DNA of 32,000 nucleotides from Candidatus Nanopusillus acidilobi (lineage in GTDB: Archaea > Nanobdellota > Nanobdellia > Nanobdellales > Nanobdellaceae), in assembly GCA_001552015.1 (NCBI GenBank), contig CP010514.1:330001-362000 (forward strand), read 5' to 3'. The first letter of the stretch is position 1, and the number at the start of each line of letters is the position of its first letter. A program made the translations under genes and the position numbers. The notes under the pieces were generated by a model. It ran no database searches. It was given only the letters and a program-made list of their open reading frames with translations, and was not told the DNA's origin. This document shows, one piece after another, positions 26,343 to 32,000 of this stretch.

Positions 26343-28655
26343 TTACTTAAATAGCCAATTATATATTATTTTTATGTCTCTCTTTATTACTCTTCTAGCC
26401 TCAAACTTCTTTATTTTAAAATAATCGGATATTTTTGCAAAACTCCATGATAATAAAAATTTTCCAATCAATAATTCTTCTTTATCTATCTTTGGTTTAT
26501 CCTTTTCAGTATATAATAAATAATAGATATATAATAATTTTACAACATCTGCAGCAGCTTCATATGTCATAGGTGAAGATAAATAACCTTCCAATCTTTC
26601 TATTTGATTATCTGTCAAATTTAATTTATAATGTGGTTTAAACTTATATGGCGTTTCTAACATTTTTAATATTAGTTCTGGTGATAAATCAAAATATACA
26701 TCTGATATTTGATTTATTAATCTCCATCTAAATTCATAATTTAACTTTTTAACTATCTTTTCTGATTCTTCATTTAAAGGTTTTATTACTATACCAGAAT
26801 ATTCTCCAGAAACCTTATTTTTTTCTGGAGATAAATGAACTAATACAAAATTATTTTTTTGCCAAAAATTTAATAATTCATAAGTTATACCAAAACTAGA
26901 ACCAATCCAATCATAATTATTTTCCTTAGCCCAATTATATAGTTTATCTAATGATAAAGATCCCAAACCCATACTTTGGATTTCTGGTACTGTAGCAATT
27001 CTAACAATCCTTAATCCCTTTAATTTAGCAAATTCCTTTATTCTATAATGTTTAACTATTATATCTGGTATTATATTTCCCTTTGGTTTATAATCTTTCA
27101 ACATTTTATTAATTGTATCATCATCTATACCACCTTCATATGCAATGTGTATTCCATTTACAATTTTTCCATTTGATAATTCTAAAACAAAAGCATCATG
27201 ATGTGGTGCATCAGCAAGCATTGCTATATCATTTGGTTTATTTTGATAATGCGCTAAAATATATATTCCAACAAAATTCTTTAATTTTGAATCATCGTTA
27301 TAAAACCATTCTTTCATTGGTATTTTATAAAATCTTACATCTTTATTTTTTATTAACTCTTTATCATCCTCGTTAATTTCAGAAACTTCAGAATCTAATA
27401 ACAATGTATCATATAGCCATTTTTCAATTGGATCTTGTTCATTATATCTAATTGGCTCAACCATATTATATTTATATATCTTAAAATCCTTCAATGAATT
27501 TAGATATTTCAAAAATTTGACAGAAAAAGATCTACCAGCTCCCTCATATCCATGAATCGTAGAAGAAAATACAATTTTATCATATTTCTTAGTATATTTC
27601 AATAATATATTTATACCAATACCTGCAGCTTCATCAACAAACAAAATATCATATTTTTTTCTCAATATTTCAGATGGTTTTCTATATTCAATATATATCC
27701 TATTATTTATTACTATCTTCCTCTCACTTATTTCCTTATATTTTATATTATTCTTATTTAATCCCAACTTTAAGAATTCAAATAATGTTTCTACATTATT
27801 AAATTCTGGTGATGTTATACCTATATCATATACTTTTTTACTATTTAATAATATTTCAGAAATTCCAGAAATCGCTAAACCAAGAGATGCACTTTTTCCC
27901 CTTCCTCTATCTGCAATAATTAAATATATTGACTTTTCATTGCTTAATAAATTTTCTAAAAGAGAAAGAACATTTGCTTGATCTTGTGTTAAACATAATT
28001 TATATATTCTGTCTGAAAATTTTCTATTATCTGGCAATAATATTTTCTTTCTTCCAGGTGGATATGCTTCTTCTAATATGCATTCATCATTTATTCCCTT
28101 TATTAATCCTTTTTCTATATCATATATAATTATATTATCATATTGAAGTAATTTGTTCTTGAATCTATGTTCAAAATATTTTTTCACGTCTTCCAATTTA
28201 TATGGAGGCGTTAATAAATGTTCATGAAAAGTTGTATAATTTTCTTCAAAATGTTCAAAATCTTTAATTAAGAAAAATGCAATACCAATTCCAGATAAAG
28301 TTTCAACAATTCTACCTATATGATCTGGAGTTAAAGATTTATACATATCTAAAATTAATATATCGTATGTTTTTCCCAAAATTTTTTTAGAATCATTATA
28401 TTTAATTTTTTCTATATCTAAAAAATCTACTTTTTCTTTTAATTTTTGAAATCTATATAAATAATCCCCATTAAAATCTTCAGAGACATATAAAACTTTT
28501 ATTTTATCTTTAAAATTCCTAATTTTTTCATAATATATTTTTAACAAATTGGATAAAATATCAAAATAATCCTTACCCGATAAAACAACAATTCCTCTAT
28601 GATTATTTCTAATTATTTTGCATAATAATTTATTATAATCATTTAATATATCCAT
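26343..28655 (-). CDS. tmcA: tRNA(Met) cytidine N4-acetyltransferase (TmcA/Nat10 family)
   Basis: ADRGRGKSASLGLAISG Walker A, SSTIHGYEGAGRSFSVKFL, RIVRIATVPEIQSMGLGSLSLDKL, DWIGSSFGITYELLNFWQKNNFVLVHLS. Track start 28673 is a TTG; the ATG at 28655 is more likely. Confidence 0.92.
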   Translation of the reverse strand: MDILNDYNKLLCKIIRNNHRGIVVLSGKDYFDILSNLLKIYYEKIRNFKDKIKVLYVSEDFNGDYLYRFQKLKEKVDFLDIEKIKYNDSKKILGKTYDILILDMYKSLTPDHIGRIVETLSGIGIAFFLIKDFEHFEENYTTFHEHLLTPPYKLEDVKKYFEHRFKNKLLQYDNIIIYDIEKGLIKGINDECILEEAYPPGRKKILLPDNRKFSDRIYKLCLTQDQANVLSLLENLLSNEKSIYLIIADRGRGKSASLGLAISGISEILLNSKKVYDIGITSPEFNNVETLFEFLKLGLNKNNIKYKEISERKIVINNRIYIEYRKPSEILRKKYDILFVDEAAGIGINILLKYTKKYDKIVFSSTIHGYEGAGRSFSVKFLKYLNSLKDFKIYKYNMVEPIRYNEQDPIEKWLYDTLLLDSEVSEINEDDKELIKNKDVRFYKIPMKEWFYNDDSKLKNFVGIYILAHYQNKPNDIAMLADAPHHDAFVLELSNGKIVNGIHIAYEGGIDDDTINKMLKDYKPKGNIIPDIIVKHYRIKEFAKLKGLRIVRIATVPEIQSMGLGSLSLDKLYNWAKENNYDWIGSSFGITYELLNFWQKNNFVLVHLSPEKNKVSGEYSGIVIKPLNEESEKIVKKLNYEFRWRLINQISDVYFDLSPELILKMLETPYKFKPHYKLNLTDNQIERLEGYLSSPMTYEAAADVVKLLYIYYLLYTEKDKPKIDKEELLIGKFLLSWSFAKISDYFKIKKFEARRVIKRDIKIIYNWLFK

Positions 28656-28686
28656 ATATAAAATATCAACCAATTACTTATAATCA

Positions 28687-28828
28687 TTAAGAAATATTAA
28701 CCTTTTGTTAAAGCTATATTAAAAGACGTTAAAACATTAAAACATTTTGTTAATAGAATATTAAACAATAAACAAACATTAGTTAAGTGACGTTAAATCA
28801 TTAACTAAACATGTTAAATATATGTTAA
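28687..28828. repeat. Helically phased TTAA/GTTAA motif array in the tmcA-reverse gyrase intergenic gap
   Basis: TTAA starts at 28687, 28697, 28708, 28719, 28729, 28737, 28750, 28761, 28783, 28793, 28801, 28814 and 28825. Mean step about 10.6 bp, with one skipped turn. Confidence 0.7.
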
Positions 28829-28829
28829 A

Positions 28830-30602
28830 CTAAAGTAAATAATATCTTAATTTCATATCAAGAGATTTCAATAATTTTTGATCATCCACAAAAACTATAG
28901 ATAGTCCCTTTGATATTCCTCCAGAATATAATCTAGAAGTTCTTCCAGAAGCTTGTAAATATGTTTTAAGATCTACAATATTTAAATATATATTTTTATT
29001 TTCATCTATTTCTACAGAAACATCTGGATTTTCTTTTAATTTATCTAATATTTCTGACTTATCAAGATAAATTTTTAAGATATTGTATAATGTTAATATA
29101 TCATCAGCAAAGGTTTTTATATATCCGACTAATTCAACTTTATTTCCATTTAAAAAATCAGAAATTAATTTCAGATCTCCAGAAGATAGCTTTTTCATAT
29201 TTTTTCTTAATCTTGTAAGAATTCTTGTTATTCTATTTTTTTCTATCTCAGATATATATGGTAAAATTAAATTAGATAAAATAATTATATTCGTTATATT
29301 TTTCTCAAGATTTGTAATATTTATTTTTATCTTTGGTATACCCAAAAATATTGCATATTTTATTCTTTCTGGCATATTAATCCCTCTAGTTAATATTCCA
29401 TATGGATCTGCGATACTAATTAAGAAATTTATTTTTCCCTCATAAAAATCATTTAATATATTCTCAATTTCTCTTGCCTTTGTTTTTGAATATATTAAAC
29501 CAACTTTTATATTATTTGATATTAAATAATTGTAAATTTCTATCATATATTCTACCCCTTTCTCTTTTGGAACAAATATTAATGCCCCATCTTCTAATTC
29601 TTTTAATAGATTCAATAATTCTTCTTTTATATCTCTCCTTGGAATATAATATACATCTACAACATTCCTAATTTTTGAACTTCCAGTTCCAATGGTAAAG
29701 TTAGCCAGCTCCCTATATAATCTAACTCTTTTTCCTCTTAAACTACCAGTAGCTGAAGATAAAACAATTATTCCATGATTTTTATTTTTAATTTCTAAAA
29801 ACTTTTTATATAAATCACTATTAAAATCTAATTTACCAGCTAATTTTAAATCTATTACTTTTTTAGCAACATTTATATCATCTTCGCTATAACCAATTAA
29901 AACAAATAATTTTTCAATATTTTTTGATCCTTTAAAAAAAGAATCTACATCATCTACAAAAGCAATATCAAATTTTTTATCTTTTAATATTTCAAAATTT
30001 TTAGTTAAAAATTGATTTGAAATAATTAATATATTAAATTCACCATTTTTTATTTTTTCCTTAATTTCTTTTTTATTACCACCATAATATGCTATAAACT
30101 TTATATTTAGATTTAGACTACTTATAAATTTATCAAACAAATCGCTAAATTGCTTTACAAGCAATCTTGTTGGTAATATTATTAGTATCTTTTTGTTGTA
30201 CTCACTAGAAAAGTAAATAGAAGAAACTATAATAAATGTTGATTTTCCAACACCTGTTGGCGCTATCATAGAAAAACTATTGTTTTTATATAATCTTTCA
30301 AACCACATTATTTGTACTTTCCATGGATTAGAATTTAATAATTTTTTAAAAAATTCAGAAAATTTAGTAATTTCTTTATATAAATTATAAATATTTGAAT
30401 AATCTTTTAATTTCCCCTTTTCAGATAATTTTTTATATAGAAGCTCTCTAAAAGTGTTTTCATCCTTTATATTTAATAATTCTAATATTTCTTTATCATC
30501 TAAATCATTTTCACAAGGAAGACCATTTGAAAGCCTATAGGAAGAAATTGTACCATTACAATTAAAGCATAAATTTTTTATATATAAAGGAATATATTCC
30601 AT
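28830..30602 (-). CDS. Reverse gyrase, helicase-like (N-terminal) half encoded as a separate gene
   Basis: 590 aa: N-terminal LCFNCNGTISSYRLSNGLPC, MIAPTGVGKSTFIIVSS, FAYVDDVDSF-type motif (IAFVDDVDSFFKG), LQASGRTSRLYSGGISKGLSIVFVDD; stops before any topoisomerase IA domain. Confidence 0.9.
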   Translation of the reverse strand: MEYIPLYIKNLCFNCNGTISSYRLSNGLPCENDLDDKEILELLNIKDENTFRELLYKKLSEKGKLKDYSNIYNLYKEITKFSEFFKKLLNSNPWKVQIMWFERLYKNNSFSMIAPTGVGKSTFIIVSSIYFSSEYNKKILIILPTRLLVKQFSDLFDKFISSLNLNIKFIAYYGGNKKEIKEKIKNGEFNILIISNQFLTKNFEILKDKKFDIAFVDDVDSFFKGSKNIEKLFVLIGYSEDDINVAKKVIDLKLAGKLDFNSDLYKKFLEIKNKNHGIIVLSSATGSLRGKRVRLYRELANFTIGTGSSKIRNVVDVYYIPRRDIKEELLNLLKELEDGALIFVPKEKGVEYMIEIYNYLISNNIKVGLIYSKTKAREIENILNDFYEGKINFLISIADPYGILTRGINMPERIKYAIFLGIPKIKINITNLEKNITNIIILSNLILPYISEIEKNRITRILTRLRKNMKKLSSGDLKLISDFLNGNKVELVGYIKTFADDILTLYNILKIYLDKSEILDKLKENPDVSVEIDENKNIYLNIVDLKTYLQASGRTSRLYSGGISKGLSIVFVDDQKLLKSLDMKLRYYLL

Positions 30603-30643
30603 ATTTTCTTTTATTTTAAAAATTAATTTAAAAATATTCTATT

Positions 30644-31243
30644 ATGGATATATCAGATATAATCACTTACTTACAAAAAGAAAAAGAGAAAAAAACATTA
30701 CAAAATTTACAAAAAGATTTTTATGTTAAGGTATCTGAATTATTAAAAAAATACAAAAAACAATTAGAAGCATATAAATCTGATAGTAAAGAATATAGAG
30801 AAGTTATTGCAACAATAGATAGACTAAAAGAATCATTATCAGAATTAATTAATATAAGAATTAGCAAAATAATGAGTAATACAGTACTAGAAGTTAAAGA
30901 AGATCTAAATATAATATCAGAAGATACTTTGGGAGAAGAAGAAAAATTATTATATTCTCTTGTTAAAAAAATATTAAAATCATATAAAGAAAATATACAA
31001 AGCAAGATTATTAATGGAGAAGAAATAGATATCAATAAATTTTTTTCAGATATAAATATAGATGTTTCATTATATCAAAATAAAATAGATAAGAAAATTG
31101 TTGTTATTAAAAATCAATTACCAAAGATTGTTGGACCAAATGGAAAAATATATGGACCTTTTAAAGTTGGAGATATAATAATACTAAATAATAACTTCGC
31201 TGAAAAATTAGAAAATACTGGAATAGGAAAAACAGTTGATTAA
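30644..31243 (+). CDS. GINS complex subunit, archaeal Gins51/Gins15-like
   Basis: 199 aa; helical N terminus LQNLQKDFYVKVSELLKKYKK and C-terminal small domain QLPKIVGPNGKIYGPFKVGDIIILNNNFAEKLENTG. Confidence 0.75.
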   Translation: MDISDIITYLQKEKEKKTLQNLQKDFYVKVSELLKKYKKQLEAYKSDSKEYREVIATIDRLKESLSELINIRISKIMSNTVLEVKEDLNIISEDTLGEEEKLLYSLVKKILKSYKENIQSKIINGEEIDINKFFSDINIDVSLYQNKIDKKIVVIKNQLPKIVGPNGKIYGPFKVGDIIILNNNFAEKLENTGIGKTVD

Positions 31244-31245
31244 AC

Positions 31246-31253
31246 TTATAAAA
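31246..31253 (+). promoter_or_regulatory. TATA box of rpl44e
   Basis: ttataaaa at -30 to -23 from ATG 31276. Confidence 0.5.
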
Positions 31254-31275
31254 TTATTTAATATTATTATCTTTA

Positions 31276-31590
31276 ATGAAATTACCAAAGACTATTAACA
31301 AATATTGCCCATATTGTAAAAAAGTTACTGAACATAAAGTAATCATTGTAAAAAGTATAAAAGCTAGGACTGGATTAGTTTGGGGTGCTAGAAGAGCTAG
31401 AGAAGGAAAAAAAGGTAGAGGAAATAAAGGAAAATATAGTAAGAGACCATTATCACAAAGAAAAAGAGGTGTTATAAAATCTTCTAAAGGTGTTGATATA
31501 AGATTAGAATGCAGCATATGCAAGAAACAAACTATATGGGAAATAAAAGGTAGATACAAAAAAGTAGAATTATCAACTGCTATAAAATGA
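31276..31590 (+). CDS. rpl44e: Ribosomal protein L44e
   Basis: KYCPYCKKVTEHKVIIVK..RRAREGKKGRGNKGKYSKRP..LECSICKKQTIW. Confidence 0.93.
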   Translation: MKLPKTINKYCPYCKKVTEHKVIIVKSIKARTGLVWGARRAREGKKGRGNKGKYSKRPLSQRKRGVIKSSKGVDIRLECSICKKQTIWEIKGRYKKVELSTAIK

Positions 31591-32000
31591 AGTCAAAAAT
31601 ATATTTTGAAGCATTTTCTAACGATAAAGATAAATTAACTGAATTTTTAAATAAAACATTCGATGCTATATCAAAATTCAAAAATTTTCAAATAATAGAT
31701 AAAAAAATTGCTGATCCTATAACAAAAGATATAAAAACCCCGGACGGAAAAACTATAAATGGATGGTCATCCTATTTAGAAATATATGCAGATTTTAAAG
31801 ATTTCGATTCATTAATAGATTTTATACTATTTTATACACCATCAAGAATTGATATAGAAGATATAAAAGAAATGAGAATTATAACAAAAGATAATGAAAT
31901 AAAATATAACAAAGAAAAAGTTAATCTATTATTAAATCAAATACCACAAGCTATAAATATGAAAGTATCTGCATTGTTAAATATATATCTTGCACAAGTT
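31587..32000 (+). CDS. 5' part of a conserved-looking CDS of unknown function, truncated by the window edge
   Basis: Open 138 codons from ATG 31587 with ATGA overlap with rpl44e: MKSKIYFEAFSNDKDKLTEFLNKTFDAISKFKNFQIIDKKIADPITKDIKTPDGKTINGWSSYLEIYADF.. Confidence 0.6.
   Translation, partial: MKSKIYFEAFSNDKDKLTEFLNKTFDAISKFKNFQIIDKKIADPITKDIKTPDGKTINGWSSYLEIYADFKDFDSLIDFILFYTPSRIDIEDIKEMRIITKDNEIKYNKEKVNLLLNQIPQAINMKVSALLNIYLAQV

Noticed and set aside
26340-26345. Possible fused or frameshifted genes at the sufB-tmcA junction
   Set aside because: The stops TAA (26340-26342, plus) and TAA (26343-26345, minus) simply abut tail to tail, as at the left edge near 275-280. This is compact packing.
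31254-31559. Minus-strand 101-aa ORF opposite rpl44e
   Set aside because: L44e is certain and the antisense ORF has no family features.

Overview
This looks like about 32 kb of compact, very AT-rich archaeal chromosome. The gene content resembles a nanoarchaeote of the Nanoarchaeum/Nanopusillus type; that placement is inference from gene content only. Recognisable core genes are aIF5B, S28e, L24e (59 aa, missing from the supplied ORF track), NDK, an editing-domain-less ThrRS, tandem catalytic and structural tRNA-splicing endonuclease subunits, a TrmA/RumA-like m5U methyltransferase, SufB, TmcA, the helicase half of a split reverse gyrase, a GINS subunit and L44e. Four tRNA genes (Lys-UUU, Asp-GUC, Thr-UGU, Glu-UUC) are all on the minus strand. 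The accessory content is cell-surface related: a 1209-aa secreted protein with four exact 303-bp tandem repeats and a C-terminal beta-helix, a pilin-like gene, a FlaJ/TadC-type platform apparently split into two divergent genes, an N-glycosylation block (AglB, Alg7-like GPT, a flippase with an extra N-terminal domain, a PfkB kinase), and three archaellin/pilin-like genes. The most unusual non-coding signal is a run of TTAA/GTTAA motifs phased at about 10.6 bp in the 157-bp gap between tmcA and the reverse gyrase half. No CRISPR array, transposase or prophage was seen.
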